From Terrimicrobiaceae bacterium (lineage in GTDB: Bacteria; Verrucomicrobiota; Verrucomicrobiia; Chthoniobacterales; Terrimicrobiaceae), in the NCBI GenBank assembly GCA_041749815.1, contig JBGTAR010000117.1, positions 5,559 to 69,558 on the forward strand: a stretch of DNA of 64,000 nt, read 5' to 3'. Below the pieces are notes generated by a model. That model was given only the letters and a program-made list of their open reading frames with translations. It searched no databases and had not been told where the DNA came from. Position numbers and translations under genes: made by a program. Shown here piece after piece: positions 54,765-63,749 of the stretch; positions within the stretch are counted from its first letter, which is position 1, and each line of letters begins with the position of its first letter.

Positions 54765-55571
54765 ATGTCTTCAAGCCTGATCAAAAAATTTCGCTACGGC
54801 GAACTGACCGTTTCCGTCCACTCCAACATCAGCGAAATGGCTCAAGCCTCAGCGCGCCTGGCTGCGGCCCAACTGGGCGAATCGCTGGAGGCGCGCGGGG
54901 AGGCAGCGGCAATCTTGGCTACGGGCAACTCGCAGATCGCTTTTTTGGAGGCATTGATTGCGGGCCAAGGCAGGGAGTGGACACTGGATTGGTCAAAAAT
55001 CACCTTGTTCCACATGGACGAATATCTTGGGCTGCCGGAAACGCATGCGGCCAGTTTCCGGAAATTCATGAAGGAGCGTGTAGAAGCCAGAGTAAGGCCC
55101 AGAGCATTCCATTACATCGAGGGTGATGCGCTGGAGCCATTCAAGGAGTGCGAGCGGTACGCAGGCCTGCTGGCGGCCCAGCCCATCGACTTGTGCTGCC
55201 TGGGCATCGGGGAGAACGGACATCTCGCCTTCAATGATCCTCCGGTGGCCAATTTTGAAGACGACCGCTTGGTTAAGATTGTAAAGTTAGACGAAGCCTG
55301 CCGCCTGCAGCAGGTCGGAGAAGGGCATTTTCCCGATGCGGAATTCGTGCCGCAATATGCCATTACGCTGACAATACCGGCTCTATGTCGGGTTGCTCGC
55401 ATGCTTGCCATTGTTCCAGAAAAGCGCAAGGCGGGAGCGGTAAAAAGATTTCTGACTGGCCCGATTGGCACGGCTTGTCCCGGATCCCACCTTCGGAATC
55501 AGGGCCATTGCACACTTTATCTCGACGCGGAATCCGCCAGCCTTTTGCCAGATATCCTCGATGAGAACTAA
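54765..55571 (+). CDS. nagB: Glucosamine-6-phosphate deaminase/isomerase
   Basis: LATGNSQIAFLEAL, FHMDEYLGL and GIGENGHLAFNDP. Confidence 0.85.
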   Translation: MSSSLIKKFRYGELTVSVHSNISEMAQASARLAAAQLGESLEARGEAAAILATGNSQIAFLEALIAGQGREWTLDWSKITLFHMDEYLGLPETHAASFRKFMKERVEARVRPRAFHYIEGDALEPFKECERYAGLLAAQPIDLCCLGIGENGHLAFNDPPVANFEDDRLVKIVKLDEACRLQQVGEGHFPDAEFVPQYAITLTIPALCRVARMLAIVPEKRKAGAVKRFLTGPIGTACPGSHLRNQGHCTLYLDAESASLLPDILDEN

Positions 55572-55592
55572 GCCGGGGAGGCCCGTGCGACG

Positions 55593-57296
55593 ATGAGTTT
55601 TTTTTCACCAATATCAAAACGCTCGCCTTCGGTCCGCGTCCTGCTCAATGGGATCTATGTGCTGCTGGCGGCAGGGGCACTTACCATGATCCTGCCCCTG
55701 ATGATCACTTTCTCCGCCTCCATGTCGGGCGTTTACGATTTGGAGAGTGTCTCATTTTATCCCAAGTTCCTTGTCAGCGATAAGGCGCTTTGGAGTCGCT
55801 ATGTGGACGCACGCTACGGAGGTGACATTGAAAATTTCAAAATGGCGTGGTCAGACCCCTCGCTCGATTTTTACAATCCTCCCACTCCGTCGGTGGAGGC
55901 AGCGAATTTGGAAAGGCTGAAATTATGGGATGAGTTTGTCGCCACCAAGGGACTGACTCCCAACGAGGCTGGACTGGCCTTCACCCGAACGACCCGCAGG
56001 GATGCAGCTCTGGAAAACCGGGAGTTCCGTATTTGGTTGATGGCGCAATATGGAAACAACCTTGATCGGCTAAATGCAGATTTGCTTCTGGAAGTGACCC
56101 AGGCCACGGAAATTCTTCCACCACGTCAAAGCCGCATCAGTCTCGTCGATGTGGAGACGCCATTACAAAATAAACTCGCGGAATATCTAGTAACGCTGCC
56201 GTCTGACCGGCGCTTGGCTTGGGATGTGGGGGGGTATTACCGAGCTGTTTATTTGCCACGGCTTTTTGGGGAGGATGTGGCGGCTTATAACTCAGCGACA
56301 GGAACTTCGTTTTCCTCCTATTCAGAAGTTCCCTTTCCCGCAACAGTGCCGGAAGTAGGGGAGGAGCCATGGATCCGGTTCGTGCGGGAAATGCTCAATC
56401 CTGGCTTGGTCAACCTCACTCCAGATGGTGAGAAGGCCTTGGAATCCAGTGGAAGGAACCGGGTGGACTTCATTCGCAGTGTGTCGCAACCCGAACAATT
56501 GAAGGTGGGAAGTGTGGACCATACCTTTGCAGATTGGGCGGCGCAGCGCGGTTTTCCCGAAGCCCGAATCCCCCAGCGGGAGGTGGATTGGCGTAATTTT
56601 CAAGCCACGAAAGGATTCTGGCGCTGGCAGTTCGCCATTCAAAATTACGTGTATGTGTTGGATGAAGTGATGATCCAAGGAAACGGCGTTCGCAACACCG
56701 CGATCCTGGTGGTTCTGACCGTGATCGGCGCTCTAACAATTAACCCCATGGCGGCATATGCCTTGTCCCGCTTCCGGCTTAGGCAGAGTTACCAAGTCCT
56801 ACTCTTTTTTTTGGCGACTATCGCATTTCCAGCCGAGGTCGCGATGATTCCAAATTTTTTGCAGATCAAGGAACTGGGCTTGCTTAACACGTTTGGGGCG
56901 TTGGTTCTGCCTGGGTTGGTGAATGGTTTTTCCATCTTTCTGCTAAAAGGTTTTTTCGACAGCCTGCCCAAGGAACTCTACGAGGCAGCTGATATCGACG
57001 GAGCCAGCGAGTGGCAAATTTTCTGGGGTTTCACGATGAATCTGTCGAAGCCCATCCTTGCTGTAATTGCGTTGAACGCTTTTATCGCAGCCTACAGTGC
57101 CTTTTTCTTTGCTCTGATCCTTGCTCCGGACCAGGAGATGTGGACCCTAATGGTTTGGGTCTATCAACTTCGTCAGACGGCAGGCCCCGGTATTGTCTAT
57201 GCGTCGCTTTTGATTACCGCTGTTCCTACCCTTGTGGTGTATTTGTTTGCTCAAAACGTCATCCTCCGCGGAATCGTGGTGCCAAGCGAAAAATGA
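55593..57296 (+). CDS. Carbohydrate ABC transporter permease (MalG-like) with an extracytoplasmic insertion of about 330 aa after TM1
   Basis: TM1 LLNGIYVLLAAGALTMILPLMI. A long soluble segment follows, then a permease core with the EAA motif LYEAADIDGASEWQIFWGFTMNLSKP. Confidence 0.8.
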   Translation: MSFFSPISKRSPSVRVLLNGIYVLLAAGALTMILPLMITFSASMSGVYDLESVSFYPKFLVSDKALWSRYVDARYGGDIENFKMAWSDPSLDFYNPPTPSVEAANLERLKLWDEFVATKGLTPNEAGLAFTRTTRRDAALENREFRIWLMAQYGNNLDRLNADLLLEVTQATEILPPRQSRISLVDVETPLQNKLAEYLVTLPSDRRLAWDVGGYYRAVYLPRLFGEDVAAYNSATGTSFSSYSEVPFPATVPEVGEEPWIRFVREMLNPGLVNLTPDGEKALESSGRNRVDFIRSVSQPEQLKVGSVDHTFADWAAQRGFPEARIPQREVDWRNFQATKGFWRWQFAIQNYVYVLDEVMIQGNGVRNTAILVVLTVIGALTINPMAAYALSRFRLRQSYQVLLFFLATIAFPAEVAMIPNFLQIKELGLLNTFGALVLPGLVNGFSIFLLKGFFDSLPKELYEAADIDGASEWQIFWGFTMNLSKPILAVIALNAFIAAYSAFFFALILAPDQEMWTLMVWVYQLRQTAGPGIVYASLLITAVPTLVVYLFAQNVILRGIVVPSEK

Positions 57297-59668
57297 TTGT
57301 CCCCCTCTTTCTTGCCGCCCTCCTGCTAGCAGACGTGCCGGCCGAAGCAACTCCAACGTCTCCAACCACTACCGTACGCGTGTTTGGCCTTCCTTCCGGC
57401 ACATCGGGATCGCCAGCCGACCTCGCCAATATCCGCGTGCTGCAGGAGTTTCGCCGTCGTCACCCCGGGATCGTTCTTCAGCCGCTGAGCAGTTTGAAAG
57501 TCGAGGGCCTGGGGGAGGAAATCGGACCACTCATGATGATCGCAGGAGGCATCGCACCCGATGTCTTGTATGTCAATTTTCGTAAAATTGACAGTTACGT
57601 TCGGCAGGGTTTTCTTTATCCACTAGACGAATTTATCGAAGCCGAGATGCGCAAAAATCCAGATTGGGAGAACAAGCGCATCCTGCCGCAGGTGGAGCCG
57701 GTGGTGCGGCGACCCGGTCCGGACGGAGTCCCTCATTGTTACGCATTGCCCATCCAATATTTGGTTATGGGCCTCTACTTTAATCGGCCCCTTTTCCGGG
57801 AGGCCGGGCTGCCCCTGAGGGGGCCGCGCGATTGGGAGGAGTTGGTTGAGTTTTCTCGCAAAATTAACGAGATGGATTCCCGAAACAAAGGCCTCGTTTT
57901 GTCGATGGGACAGCAGGCGTCATGGAATCTCATGAGTTTCCTCTGGTCTGCTGGTGGAGACGTGGTGAAAGAAGTGGGGCCGAACGACTGGCGGGGAATA
58001 TTCGATTCCGATGAGGCAGTGACGGCCTTTGAATATTACTACAGACTGGTGGAGGGCGAACGCGTCGCCTCCAGGGGCAACGCGAGCGAACTCATGCGTA
58101 CTAGTGAAAGTCGGCGAATTGGTATGGTTTTTAATTATATTGGCAACTCGATGGCTTTCGATCCAAACATTTGGGGTTTTGGCGCAGTGCCGATCGGTCC
58201 CACCGGCCTTCGCGGGGCCGAAATTAATGCGCGGATGATGGGTATTTTTTCAGGTGTCAAAGATCCTGATGTGCGGGAGGCAGCATGGAAGTTCATCGAG
58301 TTTTTCGGCAGCGATGAGGCCCAACGCATCCGCACCTCCACGCTCGTTGAACTCGGAATGGTGAACCAGATCAACCCCTCCGATCTGCGCCGCTTTGGCT
58401 ACACCGCGCTAGCCGACATGGGAGAGCCGGGTTTGGAGAAAGAGATCGACTTGGCGATTGCTGGCGGCAAACCCGAGCCCTACGGAAAAAACTGCGACCT
58501 GGTTTACCTGGAAATGACATATCCTCTCGACCAGATCCTTCTTAGCCCTGCCATGGCGATTGCATGGTCAGCGGGCGACCGACCCGCCATGCAGAGGGAG
58601 ATTAAAACCATCTTGCAAAATGCGGTGGCCGAGACAAACGAGCGCATGTTAGGCATTGTATCTCCAGAAAAAATGAAGACTCGCCGGACTGTGGCTTGGA
58701 TCGTAGTGGCCATCATGGTGATTGCCTTCGGGTTTGTCGGGCGTGCCATCTTTCAGTCGTTTGCCCATGCCGGGCGAGCGACTTCGCGAGCTAGGGGCTC
58801 GCAGGTAATGGTGGCGTGGGGGATGCTTGCGATTCCGGTGGGTCTGGCCTTGCTCTGGAGTTATGTGCCTCTTGTTCGGGGCGCATGGATGTCCCTGCTC
58901 GATTACCAGCTTCTGCTGCGTTCGACCTTTGTGGGCATCGACAACTTCGCCAACGTTTTGTTCGATGCCCGGTTTTGGACCTCCATGTTGGCAACTTTTC
59001 ACTTTGCGTTTTGGATGCTGACAGTTGGTTTCGCCACGCCGATCGTCCTGGCTTATTTCCTCCATCTCACTCCTCGCCATACCCTGCTTTTCCGGGTGGT
59101 CTATTATTTGCCCGCATTGCTGACCGGCACAGCGGTCTTCATTTTGTGGAAACAGTTTTTCGGAGCCAATGGCATGGTTAATGAAACCCTGAACCTGCTC
59201 GGGATTTCCATGCATCGCGCCTGGCCTGAGGATCCCAATCTTGCCATGCTCTCCTGCGTGCTACCCGGAGTCTGGGCGGGCGCAGGTCCCGGTTGCTTGA
59301 TTTACCTAGCCGCATTGAAGACGATTCCAGAAGAACAATTCGAGGCTGCGGAAATCGACGGCGCGGGATTTTTTAGAAAAACCCAACTCATCGTGTTACC
59401 CGCCCTGATGCCGCTGATCATAATCAATTTCGTCGGTGCGGTTATGGCCGCCTTTCAGGCCTCGCAGAACATTCTCATCATGACCGCTGGTGGACCGAAT
59501 GGGATCACCGAAGTGGCCGCGCTGAGGATTTTTTACCAAGCATTCATGTTTCTGCAATTCGGACCAGCGACGGCCATGGCTTGGATTCTCGGGTCGCTAC
59601 TCATCGGTTTTGCCCTAATCCAACTTAAGCGTCTCAGTAGAATGGAATTCAAAAGCGGAGGACGCTGA
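57293..59668 (+). CDS. Fusion protein: extracellular solute-binding protein (family 1-like) + MalF-like ABC permease
   Basis: I place the start at MIVPLFLAALLL (an ATGA overlap with the upstream permease). About 500 aa are SBP-like (IAGGIAPDVLYVNF, ALPIQYLVMGLYFNRPLF, WNLMSFLWSAGGD). These are followed by 6 TM segments with the EAA motif QFEAAEIDGAGFFRKTQLIVLPAL. Confidence 0.75.
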   Translation: MIVPLFLAALLLADVPAEATPTSPTTTVRVFGLPSGTSGSPADLANIRVLQEFRRRHPGIVLQPLSSLKVEGLGEEIGPLMMIAGGIAPDVLYVNFRKIDSYVRQGFLYPLDEFIEAEMRKNPDWENKRILPQVEPVVRRPGPDGVPHCYALPIQYLVMGLYFNRPLFREAGLPLRGPRDWEELVEFSRKINEMDSRNKGLVLSMGQQASWNLMSFLWSAGGDVVKEVGPNDWRGIFDSDEAVTAFEYYYRLVEGERVASRGNASELMRTSESRRIGMVFNYIGNSMAFDPNIWGFGAVPIGPTGLRGAEINARMMGIFSGVKDPDVREAAWKFIEFFGSDEAQRIRTSTLVELGMVNQINPSDLRRFGYTALADMGEPGLEKEIDLAIAGGKPEPYGKNCDLVYLEMTYPLDQILLSPAMAIAWSAGDRPAMQREIKTILQNAVAETNERMLGIVSPEKMKTRRTVAWIVVAIMVIAFGFVGRAIFQSFAHAGRATSRARGSQVMVAWGMLAIPVGLALLWSYVPLVRGAWMSLLDYQLLLRSTFVGIDNFANVLFDARFWTSMLATFHFAFWMLTVGFATPIVLAYFLHLTPRHTLLFRVVYYLPALLTGTAVFILWKQFFGANGMVNETLNLLGISMHRAWPEDPNLAMLSCVLPGVWAGAGPGCLIYLAALKTIPEEQFEAAEIDGAGFFRKTQLIVLPALMPLIIINFVGAVMAAFQASQNILIMTAGGPNGITEVAALRIFYQAFMFLQFGPATAMAWILGSLLIGFALIQLKRLSRMEFKSGGR

Positions 59669-59675
59669 TATTTTT

Positions 59676-60998
59676 ATGAATAAAATTAAATATGCGGCAG
59701 TGGGAACGGGTGGTCGGATCCCCATGTTTATCGATCCCATCGTCAGCCGGTTTTGCGACGAAGCCGAACTGGTCGGTATTTGCGATCCCAGCGAAGTCCG
59801 CCGCACTTACCACCAGAAAAGGCTTGCTCGTGCCTATAACATCCCACCAGTCCCTGCCTACGCGGAGTTCGACCGCATGCTTTGTGAGCAAAATCCCGAT
59901 GTTGTTATCGTGTGTACACCGGATTATTCCCATCACGTTTATATTGTTAAAAGTCTGGAATACGGAGCGGATGTCATTTCCGAAAAGCCGCTGACAACGG
60001 ACGCCGAAAAATGCCGGGCCATATTTGCTGCGGTCGAACAAACCGGTCGCAAAGTCCGCACGACCTTCAATCTACGATGGGGGCCGGGGGCGAGCAAGGT
60101 TCGCGATTTGATTGCCCGGGGAGAGATCGGGAGGGTGCGGCACATTGATTTTGAATACCTCCTGGACACCACTCACGGTGCTGACTACTTCCGGCGTTGG
60201 CACAGTCAGAAAGAATATTCCGGGGGACTGCTTGTTCACAAGTCGACCCATCACTTTGATTTGATCAATTGGTGGCTTGATGGGATTCCCTCGAAGGTTT
60301 TTGCCTTGGGAGATCTCGTTTTTTACGGAAAGAAAAATGCAATAGAAAGAGGAGACGAGTCACTGACGCGCTATGCCCGTTATACTGGCGTGGAGGAGGC
60401 GCAAATCGATCCCTTTTGCATGACGCTGGAAAGCGATATGGCTCTACGGGGACTCTATCTGAACGCGGAAAATGAAACAGGCTACATCCGTGACCGTAAC
60501 GTTTTCCGGGACGGCATCGACATTGAGGACACCATGAGCCTGATCATCAAATACCGCACCGGAGCTGCGGTTTCGTATTCTCTGAATGCCTACTGCCCGC
60601 GGGAAGGTTTCCGCGCCTCCATCTCCGGGGACCGTGGCCGGATTGACTATGTGGAGGATCATACAACCCACGTAATCACGGGTGAGCAGAAGATCGGCCC
60701 GGATGGCGGGGTTTCGATGAGGCTCACTCTACAGAAAATGTTCGCTCCCCCCATTGATATCGAGATTGCCAAGCTCGAAGGTGGGCATGGTGGAGGAGAT
60801 CCTCTCCTTCAAGATCAGATGTTTTCCCGGAATCCGTTGCCGGATCCTCTGATGCGTAGCGCGGGTCATGAACAAGGCGCTGCCTCCCTGCTCATTGGCG
60901 CTGCAGCCAATCAATCGATGTCCACGGGTGAGCCAGTAGAAGTGGACAGTCTTCTCAAGTTCGACCCCCAGCTTTCTCGTTTGAGCCAGCTTGTTTAG
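59676..60998 (+). CDS. Gfo/Idh/MocA-family NAD(P)-dependent oxidoreductase
   Basis: KYAAVGTGGRIP Rossmann start, VIVCTPDYSHH and the ISEKPLT motif. Confidence 0.85.
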   Translation: MNKIKYAAVGTGGRIPMFIDPIVSRFCDEAELVGICDPSEVRRTYHQKRLARAYNIPPVPAYAEFDRMLCEQNPDVVIVCTPDYSHHVYIVKSLEYGADVISEKPLTTDAEKCRAIFAAVEQTGRKVRTTFNLRWGPGASKVRDLIARGEIGRVRHIDFEYLLDTTHGADYFRRWHSQKEYSGGLLVHKSTHHFDLINWWLDGIPSKVFALGDLVFYGKKNAIERGDESLTRYARYTGVEEAQIDPFCMTLESDMALRGLYLNAENETGYIRDRNVFRDGIDIEDTMSLIIKYRTGAAVSYSLNAYCPREGFRASISGDRGRIDYVEDHTTHVITGEQKIGPDGGVSMRLTLQKMFAPPIDIEIAKLEGGHGGGDPLLQDQMFSRNPLPDPLMRSAGHEQGAASLLIGAAANQSMSTGEPVEVDSLLKFDPQLSRLSQLV

Positions 60999-61104
60999 AT
61001 TCTGAAAATGAAGGAAGATAGGGAACGCTGGATGCCGATCGGCATCAACTGGCTTGCATGATGGTTCGGTGCGGGGAAACCAGAGCGGGCTTTCCATAAA
61101 GTTA

Positions 61105-62010
61105 TCATGCTGCATCTTGGGGAAACAGGCCTGCTGGTGGAAGTTCCTTTGCCGTTGGAGTGAGAGCCAGTCCGCCCTCGGAGGTCTCCTTGAGAGCTCG
61201 GGGCATTCGCCGCCCAATATCCCGCATGGCCAGCACCACATCGTCGAGCGGCACAACGCAGCGAACCCCGGCCAGCGCCATCATGGCGGCCAGCATGCTA
61301 TGGACGGCGAACATTCCATTTCGACTTACGCAGGGCACTTCGACATATCCGCCAATGGGATCGCAGACCATACCAAGGGTATTCATCAGGGCGAAGGCCC
61401 CTGCGGAACAAGCCTGCTTCGGCGTGCCTCCACGGGCTTCTGCCACTGCTGCAGCGGCCATGCAGGATGCACTGCCCACCTCGGCTTGGCAGCCTCCGAG
61501 AGCACCGGAAAAGTTGGCATTTTTTCCTATAACGATGCCGATGGCAGCGGCCGTGAACAAGGCCTTCGCCGCCCCATTTTCGTCCAGACCTTCGTTTTCC
61601 TCCAAGTCGATCAGACAGGCAGGTAGGATACCCGAGGAGCCGGCCGTGGGAGTGGCGACGATCCGTCCGAATTGAGCGTTGTGTTCCAGCACCGCAAATC
61701 CATAAGCAGCGAGTTTAGAGAATCGTGGACCGAAAAGCGGCCCTACGGATGAGGAGTATTCGAACAAGCGGTGGGCGTCTCCTCCCGAAAGTCGGCTCAC
61801 TGACAAGACTTTGATTTGGAGGCCGTCGCGCACAGCCTGACGCATTATGCGATAATGCCCGGCCATGCGTTTCAGCAATTGCTCCTCATCGCATCTCTGC
61901 AGGTGGGATTCGCGTGCGAGCGCGACTTTCCACAACGGCCAGCCATTCGTTTCCGCAAGATCGCAAAGTTGCGCGGCGTTGTTGTAGTCCGTTGACGGCG
62001 GCTCTTGCAT
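61105..62010 (-). CDS. sdaAA: Fe-S L-serine dehydratase family, alpha subunit
   Basis: ATPTAGSSGILPACL, CQAEVGSASCMAAAA and CDPIGGYVEVPC blocks typical of the alpha chain. Confidence 0.8.
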   Translation of the reverse strand: MQEPPSTDYNNAAQLCDLAETNGWPLWKVALARESHLQRCDEEQLLKRMAGHYRIMRQAVRDGLQIKVLSVSRLSGGDAHRLFEYSSSVGPLFGPRFSKLAAYGFAVLEHNAQFGRIVATPTAGSSGILPACLIDLEENEGLDENGAAKALFTAAAIGIVIGKNANFSGALGGCQAEVGSASCMAAAAVAEARGGTPKQACSAGAFALMNTLGMVCDPIGGYVEVPCVSRNGMFAVHSMLAAMMALAGVRCVVPLDDVVLAMRDIGRRMPRALKETSEGGLALTPTAKELPPAGLFPQDAA

Positions 62011-62013
62011 TGT

Positions 62014-62694
62014 TCAATAAACCAGTTTGGGGATTTCGCGCAATTTTTTGGTTTCCGGCAAGTGGCCCAGCAGGCTCTGGCAATCTGCGTGAACTGATTC
62101 ATCCGTTTCCACTAAGGTGAGCGCATCGCCATCCCGGCCTTTGCGCGTGGTGCGGATGGTAGCGATATTGATAGCTGCACTGGCGAGGATCGTTGTGATC
62201 TTGGAAAGAAATCCAGGTTTGTCCTTGTGCCACATAACGAGGGCGAACAGACAGCCATCCACTCGCGCGGCGAACCCGTCAATGACAAGAATCTGAATGC
62301 CGCCGCCGCCGGTGGAGGCGGCTGTGACTGTGCAGAATGTCTTTTCGTCAACTGATACAACTGTCAGCCGGGCGGAGTTCGGATGGACATCTTCGCCGAA
62401 ATCAGCGCACTGAAACACGATGCGTAAGTTCTTCTCCTCTGCGAAGAGCAATGAATCTTTGATGCGTGAATCATCGGGCAGCCAGTTTAGCAAGCCCGCG
62501 ACCAAGGCTCTGTCCGTCGCGTGCCCCGCGCCTGTCGCGGCGAAAGACCCATGCAATTCAATCTTTGCGCGGGTTGGTTGTTCACCGAGCAGGGCACGCG
62601 TGGCCAATCCGATTCTGACGGCTCCGGCCGTATGCGAGCTGGAGGGGCCGGTCATTGGTGGTCCGATGATTTCGAAGGCGGAAAAGTCGCTCAT
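62014..62694 (-). CDS. sdaAB: Fe-S L-serine dehydratase family, beta subunit with a C-terminal ACT-like domain
   Basis: FEIIGPPMTGPSSSHTAGAVRIG N-terminus. C-terminal ACT-like LVMWHKDKPGFLSKITTILA. Confidence 0.8.
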   Translation of the reverse strand: MSDFSAFEIIGPPMTGPSSSHTAGAVRIGLATRALLGEQPTRAKIELHGSFAATGAGHATDRALVAGLLNWLPDDSRIKDSLLFAEEKNLRIVFQCADFGEDVHPNSARLTVVSVDEKTFCTVTAASTGGGGIQILVIDGFAARVDGCLFALVMWHKDKPGFLSKITTILASAAINIATIRTTRKGRDGDALTLVETDESVHADCQSLLGHLPETKKLREIPKLVY

Positions 62695-63749
62695 TCCGAG
62701 AGCCAGCGATCCAGGTTCTTTTCTACAAATTCATTATCTGTCAACCATGGGTAGGCGAGTGACACGCGGGTGATTTCCTCCGCTTGTCCTGGCGACATCA
62801 CCTCATGCGGGTTCAAGCAATGAGTGGTGGGCAACAATCCCTGCCGACGCAAGACCTCGTGAATGCCGGGCAGGCACCCTCGGAAATGGTTGGCCGCATC
62901 AAAAATCACGGCGTTGGCATCCGTGAGGGCAGTATTCCTTGCCAGCCAGAAGGAGGCTATGCTCTGTTTTTGTCGGTCCCTTTTCAGTTCTTCGAGAAGT
63001 TCCACGGCCCGCTTCGTCCAAACCCCAAACTGCCCAAGTAACCCGCCAGAGATGTAACGATGCGTTTCCTCAAATGTCCAATTTGTTAATAAATCGAGAA
63101 TGATGTTGTCGTCGTTGCCGGTGTATAGCGCGACGTCGTTCCGGCCTGAAGCGGCTAGGGCGCGGATCACGTCGATTGTTTGGTAGCGGTTAAACGGTGC
63201 CATTTTGATCGCGACCACTTCGGGTATTTCCACGAAGGCCCGCCAGAAATCAAAGGGCAGAATAACCCCTCCAACCGCTGGCTGGAGGTAAAACCCAACC
63301 AAAGGGATGTGCTTCGCGATTTCACGACAGTGATCGAGGATTTCTGGAATATTCGCCCCTCGCCATGCTGCTAGGCTAAGCAGACCGGCATCGTAGCCCA
63401 GGCAGCGTGCCAGCTGAGCTTCCTCGACCGCTTGCGAGGTCTTTCCACAGATTCCGGAGATGAGGACAAAGGGACGGTTCGCTTTCTGCCGGAGGTGTGT
63501 TGCTTCCTCGCTGGCTAGCTTAAGCACACGCTCGAACAGACCATGCTGCGGCTCTCGGATTTCAAACTGCGTGGAATGCACCGCCACAGCCAGTCCCCCT
63601 GCGCCTGCCTCAAAGTAATAACGCACAAGCGCGAGTTCGTGCTGAACTGACCATTGCCGCTTTTCATCCAAGGCCAACGGTAGAGCGGGAATTGCTTGTC
63701 CGGCCATCAAGTGAGAGCGTAGATCAGAAATTTCCATCACGTTTCTCAA
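62691..63749 (-). CDS. DHDPS/DapA-like TIM-barrel protein (DUF993-like), candidate aldolase
   Basis: GAGGLAVAVHSTQFE... and a candidate Schiff-base lysine in EVVAIKMAPFN. ATGA overlap with sdaAB. The start is 63749 or 63737. Confidence 0.6.
   Translation of the reverse strand: MRNVMEISDLRSHLMAGQAIPALPLALDEKRQWSVQHELALVRYYFEAGAGGLAVAVHSTQFEIREPQHGLFERVLKLASEEATHLRQKANRPFVLISGICGKTSQAVEEAQLARCLGYDAGLLSLAAWRGANIPEILDHCREIAKHIPLVGFYLQPAVGGVILPFDFWRAFVEIPEVVAIKMAPFNRYQTIDVIRALAASGRNDVALYTGNDDNIILDLLTNWTFEETHRYISGGLLGQFGVWTKRAVELLEELKRDRQKQSIASFWLARNTALTDANAVIFDAANHFRGCLPGIHEVLRRQGLLPTTHCLNPHEVMSPGQAEEITRVSLAYPWLTDNEFVEKNLDRWLSE

Noticed and set aside
57011-57292. Upstream extension of the 885-aa ORF overlapping the end of the permease gene.
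   Set aside because: It overlaps 55593-57296 out of frame and is Cys/Arg-rich with no SBP features. A signal-peptide-like start, MIVPLFLAALLL, forms an ATGA overlap at 57293.
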